Counted from the first letter of the stretch, positions 10,332 to 22,000 are shown. The stretch is DNA of 64,000 bases from an uncultured Gemmatimonadales bacterium (GCA_963823035.1 CAWGKG010000018.1:288001-352000); one strand, 5' to 3'. Notes: generated by a model not told the origin, from the letters alone. Made by a program: numbers and translations.

Positions 10332-10417
10332 GGCTCTGCTTGTTCGATTGGCGGAATTGACTCGATCCCGGGGCAAAGCCACCGGCCGTTCAAGATACCA
10401 TCCGCCCCCGGGTTCGT

Positions 10418-11726
10418 TCAGGCCCCGGGGTCGACCTCGTCCTCCGCCCGCCCCTCCAGGAGGCGATGGAGGAGGAAGAGCGCGGCCTGCGCCGAACGCT
10501 CGCGTACGGAGATCCGGTCTCCGGGGAAGCGCGCGTGTCGTGCGACGGTTCGGCCGTCCAGCGTGGCCGCGTACCAGACCGTCCCCACCGGCTTCTCCTC
10601 CGTTCCACCGCCGGGCCCCGCGATCCCGGTGACCCCGATGCCCCGCGTCCGCGCCGAAGGAACGCGCGACGCCCTCCGCCATCGCGCGCGCGACGACCTC
10701 GGACACCGCCCCGCCGGCCTCGAGGTGCGCGCCGTCCACCCCGAGCAACCCGACCTTCACCTCGTTCGCGTACGCGACCACGCCTCCGAGGAACACGTCG
10801 GAGGCGCCGGCGAAGTCCGTCATCCGCTTCGCGATCAGACCACCGGTACAGCTCTCGGCCACGGCGAGCGTCCTCCGGCCTCCACGCAGCGCCGAGGTCA
10901 CCGCCTCCACCAGATCGCCGTCCGGGGCGTCGAAACGCCAGGGATCGAGGATGTCGGCCAGGCGCTCCTCCATGTCGTCGAAGCGGCGCTCCGCCTCCTC
11001 GCCGGAAAGCCCCACCGCCGTCAGGCGCAGGTCTACGCCGCGCTCGTCCGGGAGGAAGGCCAGCCCGAGCGGCCCCAGCCCCCCGGTGAGGCGCTCGCCG
11101 ATGCGCTGGCTGAGGAGCGACTCCGGGATGCCCGTGGTGCGGACCGAGCGGGTGTGCACCGGCACCATCCGCCCCTGGAATCGTTCGCGGAGCGCGCCGA
11201 TCAGGTCGGCGTGGAAGATGCCCTTCATCTCGCGGGGAACGCCCGGGAGGAGCACCACCAGGCGACCCTCGTGCTCCATGGCGAGGCCCGGCGCGGTGCC
11301 GACCGGGTTGGTGAGCTTCCGCGCGCCCCGGGGCACCTCGGCCACGCGCCGGTTCGGCACCGGCAGCTCTTCGATGCCGTGCTCGCGGAAGCGGATGCGG
11401 ATCCCCTCCAGCACCTCCTCGTCCACCTCGAGCGGCCGACCCAACAGCTCGGCCACGGCATCTCGGGTCAGGTCGTCGGGGGTGGGCCCCAGCCCACCGG
11501 TGACGACCACCAGCTCGGCCACGCTGAGGGCGTCGGTGACCGCGTGACCGATCTCCCCTGCTTCGTCGGCGACGGTGTGGCGGCGCACGATCGGGATGCC
11601 CAGAGCCGCCAGCTCACGGCCGAGCCATGCGGCATTCGTGTCCACGGTTCGGCCCAGGAGGAGCTCGTCCCCCACCGTGACGACGGCGGCCCGCAGCGAC
11701 CCGGACAACGGGGTGTCACCGGTCAT
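10418..11726 (-). CDS. cinA: Competence/damage-inducible protein CinA (MoCF-like domain + NMN deamidase); +1 frameshift at about 10641-10644
   Basis: [32 protein letters not shown]; removing one G from the run restores [23 protein letters not shown] and ends at TGA 10418. Confidence 0.9.
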
Positions 11727-11729
11727 GGT

Positions 11730-12377
11730 TCAGGCCCGCGCGCCGAGCAGCGCCCGGTAGCGCCAGAGGTAGCTCCCCATCGAATAGACGGTGAGCACCA
11801 GCGCGAGCGCGAGCGTGATCGCAACCCACGCCCCGTGGAAGGTCGACCATCCCCGCCACAGCGGGTAGCGTTGCCAGTCGTGGGCCTCGGCGAGCATCCG
11901 AAGGGGGTACCAGAGAAGGAGCGCCCCGGAGAAGAGGGACTGCAGGAGCGTCTTCCGCTTCCCCGCCAGGCCCGCCGCGATCACGACCCCGCGCCGCGCC
12001 GCCCAGGCGCGGAACACCGTCATGAACAGCTCGCGGCCGAAGATCACGAGCAGCACCCAAAGCGGAAAGCGGCCCCACCAGGGGACGCGACCCAGCTCCG
12101 AGCCGTAGTTGGACAGGATGTAGAAGGGGATCAGCGTGGCAGCGAGGAGCAGCTTGTCGGCCAGAGGGTCGAGAAGCTTCCCCATGTCCGTGATCCACCC
12201 GTAGCGGCGGGCCAGGTACCCGTCCCAGACGTCGGACAGTCCCGCGACCACGAAGAGGACGAACGCCCAGAAGCGCTCGCCCACACCGGGGGCCATGGCC
12301 AGGAAGAAGAGCGCCGGACAGGCGATGATCCGGGCGACGGTGATGACGTTCGGGAGGGTCAGGCGGCTCCCAGGCAC
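11730..12377 (-). CDS. pgsA: CDP-alcohol phosphatidyltransferase (PgsA-like)
   Basis: LPNVITVARI; DVWDGYLARRYGWITDMGKLLDPLADK signature; GRE motif. Confidence 0.85.
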   Translation of the reverse strand: MPGSRLTLPNVITVARIIACPALFFLAMAPGVGERFWAFVLFVVAGLSDVWDGYLARRYGWITDMGKLLDPLADKLLLAATLIPFYILSNYGSELGRVPWWGRFPLWVLLVIFGRELFMTVFRAWAARRGVVIAAGLAGKRKTLLQSLFSGALLLWYPLRMLAEAHDWQRYPLWRGWSTFHGAWVAITLALALVLTVYSMGSYLWRYRALLGARA

Positions 12378-12387
12378 GGAGGACGCC

Positions 12388-12966
<579 letters not shown>

Positions 12967-13164
12967 GGGTCGACGCTATCTCCCGGGTTCGAGGAGTTCG
13001 GGTTTCACGGCCTTCCCTCGGACGTCGTAGCGGATGCGGCAGGCGCGCTGTGCGCCGCGTGCGGCCGACGGGGGGCGGACGGTCGACGGGCGGATCATAA
13101 AGTCGGCTGGCTCGGGGCGGGTGGCAAGATCGAGGGCGGCTGAAGCGACGGTTCTGCGGTCGGC

Positions 13165-13479
13165 TCAGGCAGCCTCGGGTCCGGTACGCAGCCCGACGCG
13201 CAGCGCGTCGGCCTCCATCCTCGCCACGATGTTCCTCGCGCGATCGCGTAGCAGCCTGCGGGGCTCCCAGGCGATGAAGTCGCGCAGGAGCCGGATGTTG
13301 TCCACGGACGCCTCGGCGCGGTTCATGTGCCCCAGAGCGGCCAGCCGGCGGAGAACGTGCGCGCTGAACAGGTTCCGCTGGTGGCGCGAGATCTGGTCAC
13401 GGACGATGAGCGCGCCGAGCGCCCCCGCGGCCGCTGCGGCGAGGATCGTGATTCCGGCGGTCTTGAGCTTCCTGTTCAT
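13165..13479 (-). CDS. Hypothetical membrane-anchored protein (104 aa)
   Basis: ATG 1 bp after the recR stop, with GGAG upstream; N-terminal hydrophobic helix followed by amphipathic helices. Confidence 0.75.
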   Translation of the reverse strand: MNRKLKTAGITILAAAAAGALGALIVRDQISRHQRNLFSAHVLRRLAALGHMNRAEASVDNIRLLRDFIAWEPRRLLRDRARNIVARMEADALRVGLRTGPEAA

Positions 13480-13480
13480 C

Positions 13481-14074
13481 CTACATCTCCCTTCGTCCGG
13501 CCAACGCCTCCGCGATGGTCGTCCCGTCCACGTACTCCAGGTCGCTCCCCACGGGGATGCCGCGAGCCAGCCGCGTGACCCGTGCACCGAGTGGACGTAC
13601 CTGTTGTTCAAGGTACACCGCCGTGGCCTCACCTTCCACGCTCGCGTTCGTGGCGATGATCACCTCCCGCACCTCGCCTGCCCCGTCGCGGATGCGCTCC
13701 AGCAGCTTTCCGACGGAGAGCTCGTCCGGCCCCACACCGTCCAGAGGCGACAGCCGACCTCCCAGGACGTGGAAGAGTCCGTGGAATCGACCCGTCCGCT
13801 CGATGGCTCCGACCTCGAACGCCTCCTCGACGATGCACAGCATGCCGGGGTCCCTGCGAGGGTCGGAGCACACCTCGCAAAGCTCGTGCTCGGAGAAGTT
13901 CCCGCACACGACGCAAGGCCGGATCCGGTCCGCCAGCTCCGTGAGGACGCGCGACAGGCGCCGCGTATCGTCCCGGGAGCCCTTCATGAGGTGGTGAACC
14001 AGACGGAGGGCGGTCTTGGGGCCGATGCCGGGGAGGCGAGCCAACTCGACGGTGAGCTGGTCGATCACCGACAC
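13481..14074 (-). CDS. recR: Recombination mediator RecR
   Basis: LPGIGPKTALRL, C4 zinc finger (CVVC..CEVC), Toprim EVIIATNASVEGEATA, GIPVGSDLEYVD. Confidence 0.96.
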   Translation of the reverse strand: MSVIDQLTVELARLPGIGPKTALRLVHHLMKGSRDDTRRLSRVLTELADRIRPCVVCGNFSEHELCEVCSDPRRDPGMLCIVEEAFEVGAIERTGRFHGLFHVLGGRLSPLDGVGPDELSVGKLLERIRDGAGEVREVIIATNASVEGEATAVYLEQQVRPLGARVTRLARGIPVGSDLEYVDGTTIAEALAGRREM

Positions 14075-14105
14075 GACGACTCCCTCCCGGTGCCGCCGGA
14101 GAAGC

Positions 14106-14432
14106 TCAGAAGAGGCCCGGAAGGTTGGGCAGCCCCGGCAGCCCCCCGGAGACCTTCTTCATCTCTTCCTCGTAGTGCTTCTGTGCCTTGCCCTGCGCCT
14201 CGGACAGCGCCGCGAGCACCAGGTCCTCCAGCATCTCCACGTCGCGGGGATCGACGCAGGTCGGATCGATCTTCACCTGCTTCACCTGCCCCTTGCCGTC
14301 GACGGTGGCCGTGACCATGCCGCCGCCGGAGGAGGCGGTGATCTTCTCCGCGTCCAGGGATTCCTGGAGCTTGCTCATCTTGGCCTGCAGCTGCTGACCG
14401 AGCTGCATGATCTGCTGGAGATTCGGGTTCAT
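14106..14432 (-). CDS. ybaB: YbaB/EbfC nucleoid-associated protein
   Basis: ASSGGGMVTATVDG...DVEMLEDLVLAA; canonical position between dnaX and recR. Confidence 0.93.
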   Translation of the reverse strand: MNPNLQQIMQLGQQLQAKMSKLQESLDAEKITASSGGGMVTATVDGKGQVKQVKIDPTCVDPRDVEMLEDLVLAALSEAQGKAQKHYEEEMKKVSGGLPGLPNLPGLF

Positions 14433-14444
14433 TCGTTCCGGCGC

Positions 14445-16191
14445 TTATTCCATGAGTTCCAGATCGAGTTCTTCTACCGCCCGCTCCAGGCGGGGTTCCT
14501 TGCGGAAGAGGGCCTTGAGGGTGTCGGCGCGCACCTCCTCGCGACCGATCCGGCGGGCCGTTCCGGGCGCGGCTTCGCCCGTCCCCGCGACCACCACGCG
14601 CACGCGGAGCGGCCGGCCCAGGTAGGGCGTCAGCCCGGCCCGGATCTCCTTCTGCACGGCGGGCTCTCCGAGTCGGTCGACCGCGGGGCCCGGCGGCGGC
14701 GTGATCTCCACCGTGCCTTCCACCTCGCGAACCGTTGCGGAACGGAGGAAGGCCAGCAGGCCACGGGGCACGCCCAGGCCGCCGTCGAGCCATCGGCTCC
14801 ACGCCTCGTTCAAGCGTTCCCGAGGGAGCGATGTCCTCGGCGGGGATCGCGGTCGGGGCCGTCAGCGAGGATGTCGAGGGGACGGAGCCGTCCGGCAGTG
14901 GCACGGTCCCGCCCGCCGCGGCGGGCGCGGAGGCGAGTCCGAGGGAGGGCTGCGCCGCGTCGGCCCGGGTGGACGTGGCGGTCCCGTCGACCGCCGCTCC
15001 CCCGCCTCCCCCTGCCGAGCCGGCGCCGCCCCGTGACGGGGGCGCGCCCCCAAGGGCGCGGATGAGCTCCTCGATCTCCACCGTGCGGTCCAGGTAGCTC
15101 AGGCGAAGGAGAAGCATCTCCACCAGAACCCGTGGGTTCGGGCTCCTGCGGATGCTCCCGCTGCTCTCGAGCTCGGCCGCAGCAGAGAGCATGCGCACCA
15201 GGTCGCCCGGCGCGAAGCGCTGGGCGCGCTCCTCGAAGGCGGCCCTGAGGTCCTCACGCAGGTCGGGCCGCACGTCCGGGGAGAGACGCAGCCTGAGGAG
15301 GGCGCGCAGGACGTCCATGAGGCCATGGTAGAACTCGATCAGGTCGTAGCCCTCGTCGAGGAGGCTCTCCACGAGCGAGAAGACGTCCCCGTGGCGGCCG
15401 TCGGCAAGGACGTCGAGCAGCTCCAGGTAGCGCTCCTCCTCGACCAGCCCGAGAACGCGGCGTACCGCCTCCAGGTCCACCTCGCCACCCGTGAGGGACA
15501 GCACCTGGTCCAGGAGGGAGAGCGCGTCGCGCATCCCCCCGTCCGCCTTGCGACCGATGACGCGCAGGGCGTCCTTCGGCGCGGACAACCCTTCCTGCTC
15601 GAGGACCGTCTCGAGGCGCAGCACGATGTCGGACACGCCGATGCGCCGGAAGTCGAAGCGCTGGCAGCGCGACAGGATCGGCGACGCGGACTGCTGGATC
15701 TTCTGCGGCTCGGTGGTGGCGAAGACGAAGATCACCCGTGGGGGCGGCTCCTCGAGGATCTTGAGGAGCGCGTTCCACGCCTCGCGGGTGAGCATGTGCG
15801 CCTCGTCCACGATGTAGACCTTGTAGTGCCCCTCCTCCGAGGGTGCGTACATGGCCCGCTCGCGGAGGTCGCGGGCGTCGTCCACCCCGCGGTTGGAGGC
15901 CGCGTCGATCTCCACCACGTCCAGCGCCGTTTGTCCGCCCCAGATGCGGCCGCAGCTCTCGCAACTGCCGCACGGTTCGCCCTCGGCGGTCCGGTTGGGG
16001 CAGTTGAGCGCCATCGCGAGCACGCGGGCGAGCGTGGTCTTTCCGACGCCGCGAGGACCGCAGAAGAGGTAGGCGTGCCCGACGCGCTCGGTGGCCACGG
16101 CGCGGCGCAGCGTCTCGGAGACGTGCTCCTGCACCGCCACCTCCTCGAATCGCCGAGGGCGGTACTTGCGGGCGAGCGCGGTGTGGGACAA
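14445..16191 (-). CDS. dnaX: DNA polymerase III subunit gamma/tau; +1 frameshift near 14813
   Basis: ALARKYRP, GPRGVGKTT, EIDAASNRGVDD, IVDEAHML, SRC; the C-terminal domain continues in ORF 14445..14813; probable TTG start at 16191. Confidence 0.93.
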
Positions 16192-16260
16192 GGGCTTCAG
16201 CAGGTCGCGGATGGGCCTGCCCGGATCCGTTCCGGGCGTCGGCGGGTCAGGCCGGGGGTC

Positions 16261-16268
16261 AAAAAAAA
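16261..16268 (-). terminator. T8 tract directly after the SRP RNA terminal stem
   Basis: A8 on the plus strand abutting the GC-rich closing stem of ffs. Confidence 0.6.
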
Positions 16269-16370
16269 TGCCCCAGGCGACCCGCAGCAACGATCACCAC
16301 ACTTACCGCTGCTACCTGCGGGGTCCTGACGGGATTCGTGGGCTTTCGTCCTACGGACCTGGGGCACCCC
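16269..16370 (-). ncRNA. ffs: Signal recognition particle RNA (small bacterial 4.5S type)
   Basis: Minus strand reads GAATCCCGTCAGG-ACC..GGT-AGCAGCGGTAAG (domain IV); terminal stem TGCCCCAGG/CCTGGGGCA; upstream of dnaX-ybaB-recR. Confidence 0.9.
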
Positions 16371-16372
16371 GC

Positions 16373-16401
16373 AAGCTAGAGACGGGCAGGATGGAGGTCA
16401 A
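16373..16401 (-). promoter_or_regulatory. Sigma70-type promoter of ffs
   Basis: TTGACC-N17-TAGCTT immediately upstream of the RNA. Confidence 0.65.
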
Positions 16402-16456
16402 CCGAGGGCGAACCCACCCGAGGTGCGCTCGCGAGCCTTTCCCCCTTGGTCAGCTC

Positions 16457-16521
16457 CTCTGCGTCCTCTGCGGCCTCTGTGGTAAAATGTTCTCACCACA
16501 GAGGACGCAGAGGACGCAGAG
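16457..16521. repeat. Long palindrome (REP/MITE-like): 27-bp arms, 11-nt loop, arms built of about 9-bp subrepeats
   Basis: CTCTGCGTCCTCTGCGGCCTCTGTGGT-aaaatgttctc-ACCACAGAGGACGCAGAGGACGCAGAG; 26 of 27 positions complementary. Confidence 0.85.
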
Positions 16522-16564
16522 AGAACAGTTTGGTGGGGATGGATCGCCTCCTCCGCGGCCCTCC

Positions 16565-16954
16565 TCACCACCACCCGGGCCGCCACGCATCCTCGAGGTG
16601 CTCGATCTCCACCGCGTTCGCCTCCCTGCGGACCGTGATGGCGACGGCGTCGAAGCGTACCTCCATCTCGGCCAGCGCGTGGCAGGCGAGGAAGTACCGA
16701 GCCACGGCCTCGATCTCCCGCCGCTTCAGCGCCGTGATCGCCTCCTGGGGTGGCCCGTACCCCGGCCCGGCGCGGGTCTTCACCTCCACGAAGGCCAGGA
16801 CCGCGCCGCGGCGCACGACAAGGTCCACCTCGCGCCGCCCGAAGCGGTAGTTGCGGGCGAGGATGGTCCACCCCCGGCGCCTCAGGAAGCGCGCGGCCTG
16901 CGCTTCGCCCCATCGACCCAGCGCATGCGGTGGGTGCCCCTCTCCGGTCGCCAT
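16565..16954 (-). CDS. yraN: YraN family (UPF0102) PD-(D/E)XK-like protein
   Basis: LGRWGEAQA, ILARNYR, EVDLV..LAFVEVKTR, RFDAVAI, HLEDAW. Confidence 0.92.
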   Translation of the reverse strand: MATGEGHPPHALGRWGEAQAARFLRRRGWTILARNYRFGRREVDLVVRRGAVLAFVEVKTRAGPGYGPPQEAITALKRREIEAVARYFLACHALAEMEVRFDAVAITVRREANAVEIEHLEDAWRPGWW

Positions 16955-17034
16955 GTCCCACGTTGGCGAGGCGGAACGGGCGTGGGGATGGCGCGACGGG
17001 ACGCCGCGAAGAAGCGCCGCCCCCCGCCCCCTCT

Positions 17035-18081
17035 TCAGCGCATCGCCGGCTCGGGAAGCGTCGCGTTGACGCCCCTCCCGATCGCATCGGCGATGGGCCG
17101 GATCTGGGCCATCAGATCCGCGAACTGCTCCGGGTAGAGCGACTGGGCCCCGTCCGACATGGCGCGGGGCGGATCGGGGTGCACCTCCACGATGATGCCG
17201 TCCGCCCCGGCGGCGACGGCCGCACGGGCCATGGGCGTGACCTTGGCGCGCAGTCCCGTCCCGTGGCTGGGATCGGCGATGATCGGCAGGTGCGAGAGCC
17301 CCTTGACCACCGGAATGGCGGTGAGGTCGAGGAGGTTGCGCGTGTGCGTGTCGAAGCTGCGCACGCCCCGCTCGCAGAGGATCACGTCCTCGTTGCCCTC
17401 CGCGAGGATGTACTCGGCCGCGAGGAGCAGCTCGTCGATCGTGGCCGACATTCCCCGCTTGAGCAGCACCGGCTTGCCGAGGCGACCGGCCCGGCGCAGC
17501 AGCGGGTAGTTCTGCATGTTCCGCGCACCGATCTGGACGATGTCCGCGTACTCGGCGACGGCGTCCGCGCTCTCGGGATCGAGGGCCTCCGTGACGATCA
17601 TCAGCCCGGTGGCCTCGCGCGCCTTCGCGAGATACTCGAGCCCCTTCATGCCCAACCCCTGGAAGGAGTAGGGCGACGTGCGGGGCTTGAAGGCGCCGCC
17701 GCGCAGCACCGTCGCGCCCATCGCCCGGAGCCGGTGCGCGATGTCGAGGATCTCCGCCTCACCCTCCACGGCGCACGGGCCGGCCATGACCACCACCTCG
17801 TTCCCGCCCACGACGGCCCCGTTGGGAAGGCGGACGACGGTGTCCTCCTCCCGCCACTCCCGCGACACCTGCTTGTACGGCTGGGTGACCGGGATGACCT
17901 CCAGCACACCCTCCAGCCCCTCGAGGCGGGCCGAATCCACGCGCCCGTCGTTGCCGATGAGCCCGACCGCCGTGCGCTGCCCACCTGGAATGGGGCGCGC
18001 GTCGTAGCCCATCTCCTTGATGACCTCGACCACCCGCTCGATCTCGTCGGGGGCGGCGTTGTGCTTCATCACGACCAACAT
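17035..18081 (-). CDS. aroF: 3-deoxy-7-phosphoheptulonate synthase, type I-beta with N-terminal regulatory domain
   Basis: MLVVMK start, [44 protein letters not shown]. Confidence 0.94.
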   Translation of the reverse strand: MLVVMKHNAAPDEIERVVEVIKEMGYDARPIPGGQRTAVGLIGNDGRVDSARLEGLEGVLEVIPVTQPYKQVSREWREEDTVVRLPNGAVVGGNEVVVMAGPCAVEGEAEILDIAHRLRAMGATVLRGGAFKPRTSPYSFQGLGMKGLEYLAKAREATGLMIVTEALDPESADAVAEYADIVQIGARNMQNYPLLRRAGRLGKPVLLKRGMSATIDELLLAAEYILAEGNEDVILCERGVRSFDTHTRNLLDLTAIPVVKGLSHLPIIADPSHGTGLRAKVTPMARAAVAAGADGIIVEVHPDPPRAMSDGAQSLYPEQFADLMAQIRPIADAIGRGVNATLPEPAMR

Positions 18082-18144
18082 CGTGAACCACGGCTCGCAT
18101 CTGGGGAGACGCCGCCGGCGCACCGCGCGCCCACGGAAGACCTA

Positions 18145-18173
18145 ATGCTAAGTCCGGGCGCAGAAGGGGTCTA
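18145..18173 (-). promoter_or_regulatory. Candidate sigma70 promoter of aroF
   Basis: TAGACC-N17-TAGCAT. Confidence 0.45.
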
Positions 18174-18234
18174 GGTCATATCTGCCAACGTGATGGGCAC
18201 AGGGGGGGGTACCCTACCTGTGCAGAGCTTCCCT

Positions 18235-19059
18235 CTACCGGCCCGGGTCGGCTGCGAGCCGAACCACGAGCCCGTCGCGGCCGGCGATCACCTTCCCGTC
18301 GTAGCCCGCGGCGACCCGCTCGGCGGCCTCTTCGTGCGTCGTGGGGGGCATCACGTGCGTCACGATCAGCGTCCCCGGGCGTGTCGCCCGCGCGAGCGCG
18401 GCGAGCCCGGCGGGCGAAAGGTGCGTGTCCACCGTGGGAGGGTCGGGCAGCGTGCACTCGGCGACCAGCACGTCACAGCCCACCAGAAGGTCGGCCACCG
18501 CCTGCGAGGGTCCGGTGTCCCCCGTGTAGCCGACCGCGGCACCGCCGGCCTCCACCCGGTAGGCGACCGACTCGAGGGTGTGGGGTGTGGACGCACATCG
18601 GACGAGGAGGCCTCCCTCGTCGTCCTCCCACGCTCCACCGTCCTCCATCTCGACGACGCGCAGCTCGAAGCCGGCCTCCACGACGTGGCGACCGGTCGCC
18701 GCGGCCAGCCGCTCGAGGAAGGCTCCGAAGCCCACCGGCCCGACGAGGGTCAGCGGCCGGGTGCGCGGCGGGTGCAGGCCATACGCCATCGCGAGCATCA
18801 ACGCCGGAAGGTCGCCGATGTGATCCGCGTGGAAATGGGTGATGAGAACATGGGTGAGGTCGGGCCACCGAACATGCTGTGCTGTAAAGCTATGGACGGT
18901 TCCGGGACCACAGTCCATCAGGGCGAGCACGCCGCCCTGTCGGAGGAGGTGCGCCGCACCGTGGTGGTCGTGGTCGGGCACGAGGGTGCCCGAGCCGAGC
19001 ACCGTGAGCGAACCGTCTACGGGCGGCGGCGACGGGGTCCGCGGGAGCGACGCCGACAT
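18235..19059 (-). CDS. MBL-fold metallo-hydrolase, RNase Z/BN-like
   Basis: LTVLGSG, MDCGPG, THFHADHIGD, YTGDTG, VAECT, HLSP, IVTH. Confidence 0.85.
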   Translation of the reverse strand: MSASLPRTPSPPPVDGSLTVLGSGTLVPDHDHHGAAHLLRQGGVLALMDCGPGTVHSFTAQHVRWPDLTHVLITHFHADHIGDLPALMLAMAYGLHPPRTRPLTLVGPVGFGAFLERLAAATGRHVVEAGFELRVVEMEDGGAWEDDEGGLLVRCASTPHTLESVAYRVEAGGAAVGYTGDTGPSQAVADLLVGCDVLVAECTLPDPPTVDTHLSPAGLAALARATRPGTLIVTHVMPPTTHEEAAERVAAGYDGKVIAGRDGLVVRLAADPGR

Positions 19060-19084
19060 CGTCGCGCGTCTTCGGGTCCGGGCG

Positions 19085-22000
19085 TCAGGCGGCCCCGGCC
19101 GCCTGCAGGGCTTCCTCGAGCCGAACGCCCACGATCGTGCTGACCCCGGGCTCCTCCATCGTCACGCCGTAGATCCAATCCGCGGCCTCGATCGTGCGCG
19201 GGTTGTGCGTGATGACCACGAACTGGGTCTGCTCCTTGAAGTCCTGGAGCAGCTTGATGAAGCGCCCGATGTTGTTCTCGTCGAGGGGGGCGTCCACCTC
19301 GTCGAGCACGCAGAAGGGGCTCGGCTTCACGAGGTAGATGCCGAAGAGGAGCGAGAGCGCCGTGAGCGCGCGCTCGCCGCCGGAGAGGAGGTCGATGCGC
19401 TGCGTCTTCTTCCCGCGGGGCGAGGCGTGGATCTCGATGGGCGACTCGAGCGGGTCTTCGGGATCCTGCAGCCAGAGGTCGGCCTCCCCGCCCTCGAAGA
19501 GCCGCAGGAAGGTGTCGCGGAAGTTCTGCCGGATGGCGCCGAAGGTGCTCTCGAACAGGTCCGTCGCCGTCTTGTTGATCTCGCGGATCGCGTTCCGCAG
19601 GTCGTTGCGGGCGGTGACGAGGTCGTCCCGTTGCTCCGTGAGGAAGGTGAGCCGCTTGCTCTCCTCCTCGTGCTCCTCGACCGCGAGCATGTTCACCGGG
19701 CCGAGGCGATCGAGGGCCACCACGAGCTCACGCAGCTCCTCCTGCAGCGCGTCCTGCTCGCCCTCCACGGGCTCGGCCTGCTCCAGGAGCGTCTCGAGCG
19801 TCCTTCCCCACTCCCCTTCGAGCCGCTCGCGGATCCGTGCGATCCGTCCGGCCAGCTCCTGCTGCTCCAGCTCGAGCGCGTGCCTGTGGTCCGACGCGGC
19901 GCGCTCCGCGGTGCGCGCCTCACGCGCCCGCCGCTCCGCCACCGCGAGCGCCTCCGCGACACCCGCGAGCGCCAGGTCCTTCTCGCGCACGGCGCCCTCG
20001 GCCGTGGTGCGCTCGGCGAAGAGCCGCTCGGTGGCCTCGGCCCCCTCCTCGCGGATCCGCCGCGCCTCGGCCCGCTCCTCGCGGAGCTGCCCTTCCTCCG
20101 CGTCGAGCGCGGCCACGCGCTCGTGGGCCTGCGTACGCGCCGCGACGACGCCCTCCAGGCGCTCCGACAGGCGGGTGACGTCACCCTCCATCCGGGCGAG
20201 GTCGACCGCGATGCGCGCCTCCTCCGCGCGGGCGGTCTCCCACTCCTCCTGGACGGCCTCCATGGCCTCCCGCGCCGCTTGGCGCTGAGCGTGGATGCCC
20301 TCCTCCTCCGCGAGGAGGACCTGCCGGTCCTCCCGCGCCTCGGTGGCACGCTCCAGCGCACGGGCTCGGGAGGCGCGCGTCCCCTCCACCTGGCGCGCCA
20401 CCTCGTCGCGATGGCGGTCCATGCGGCCCCTCTGGTCGGAGCGCGCCTGGAGCTCCGCCGAGGTCCGGTGGTGCGTGTCCTCGGCCGAACGCAGCGCGTC
20501 GCGCGCGGCCTCGAGGGTCTGCTCGGACGCGCGCGCCTCCTCCTCCGCCGTCGCCCGCTCGGCCCGCGCCGCCTCCGCCGCGGCCGCCGCCCGCTCGTGC
20601 TCTTCGCGCACGGCGCGCAGCTGCTCCCTGCGCTCGAGGAGGCCCGTGGCGCCCGCGGGATTGCCGAGGCGCACCACCCCGCGCCGCTCCACCACCGCGC
20701 CCGAGGCGGAGACCCGCTCACCCGCGCCGTCGAGGTCGAGGTCGTCGACCAGGTCCACGCCCGACAGGAGCGCCCGGACCCAGGGGGCACCCGCCCCGAC
20801 CGCCTCGATCCGGGTGAGGATCGACCCCGAGGTCGGGCTTCCCCCGTCCGGCACACGGTCGAGGGGCAGGAGGATCAGCCCCCCTCCGCCTTCCCATCGC
20901 TCGGAGAACCAGGCGTGCACGCGGTGGAGCGCGGCCGCGTCGAGCACCACGAGCGCCCGTGCGAGCGCGCCCAGGTACGCCTCGGCCGCGCGCGCCGGAC
21001 CCACGTCCGCGCGGATGAAGTCCGAGAGCGTGCCGAGCACCCCCGCGTCCGCGAGCTCGAGCGCCGCCTTCACCACGGGCTCCATCCCTTCCCGGTCGCG
21101 CTCGAGCTGTTCGAGGGCCGTCCTGCGGGCTCCCAGGGAGGCGGCCCGATCGGCGGCCAGGAGCTCGCGCTCCCGCGCCTCCTCGAGGGCGCGGCGGGCC
21201 TCGGCGAGCGCCGCGGCGCAGGCTTCCACCTCTCCGCGCGCCCCCTCCACCGTGCCGGCGAGGTCGTCCAGCTGCGTGGAGAAGAGGTCGCCCTGGGACG
21301 TGAGATCCGTGAGCGCGTCGGTGGTCGTGTTGAGCTCGTCGGCCAGGCGCTCCAGCCTCCGCTCCAGCTCGGCGGCCTGCGCGTCACACGCCTCGGCGTC
21401 CCCTTCGAGCTGAGCGCCCTTGCGGGCGAGCTCCCGCTCGCGCGTCTCGACACCCTCCAGGCGCTCGCGGGCACCCTGCAGGCGCTCTCGCACCTCCTGG
21501 AGCGCGGCGCGCCGCTCCTCGGCGACCGCCCGCAGCGCCTCGAGCTCGGCGCGCACCCGGTCGCGGTCGGCCTCCAGCTCCGCGCCGTCCGCGTCCAGGC
21601 GTTCGGAGCGGCCACGCGCCTCCGCACGCTCCTCGTCGATCTGTCCCATCCGGCGCTCGGCGTAGGTCGCACGCTCGTCCGCGACGGCCAGGTCACGTTC
21701 CCAGCGGACGAGCTGCTCCCGCACCGCTTCGAGCGCGCGGGCCGCCTCCGTCCGCTCCCTCTCGGCGTCCACCTCGCGGAGCCGCAGGGCCTCGTACTCG
21801 GCTTCCGCGGTGCGCACCTCGGCGACCATCCCCTCGCCGCTGCGCTGGTCGCCCTCGAGCTCGCGCGTGACCCGAGCCAACCGCTCCTCCAGCGTGTCCA
21901 ACTGGTGGCGCACCACGGCGACCTCGACGTCCAGACGGCGCTTCCGGTACTCCATGTAGCGCTCGGCCTTCCCCTTCTGCCGGGCCAGGGAGCGCACCTT

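Noticed and set aside
10332..10417. CIRCE or sigma32 promoter before grpE
   Set aside because: No TTAGCACTC-N9-GAGTGCTAA match; CTTGAA-N15-CCCC only partly resembles a sigma32 promoter and is weak evidence in GC-rich DNA.
9666..11726. Apparent CinA-GrpE fusion (686-aa ORF)
   Set aside because: One extra G at 10641-10644 shifts CinA out of frame. The proper CinA C-terminus and stop (10418) exist in another frame, and grpE has its own ATG.
14780..14860. Programmed dnaX frameshift giving gamma and tau
   Set aside because: There is no A-AAA-AAG or poly-A slippery site and no nearby stop in the unshifted frame, and the shift would be needed to make full-length tau. It matches the window-wide +1 error pattern.
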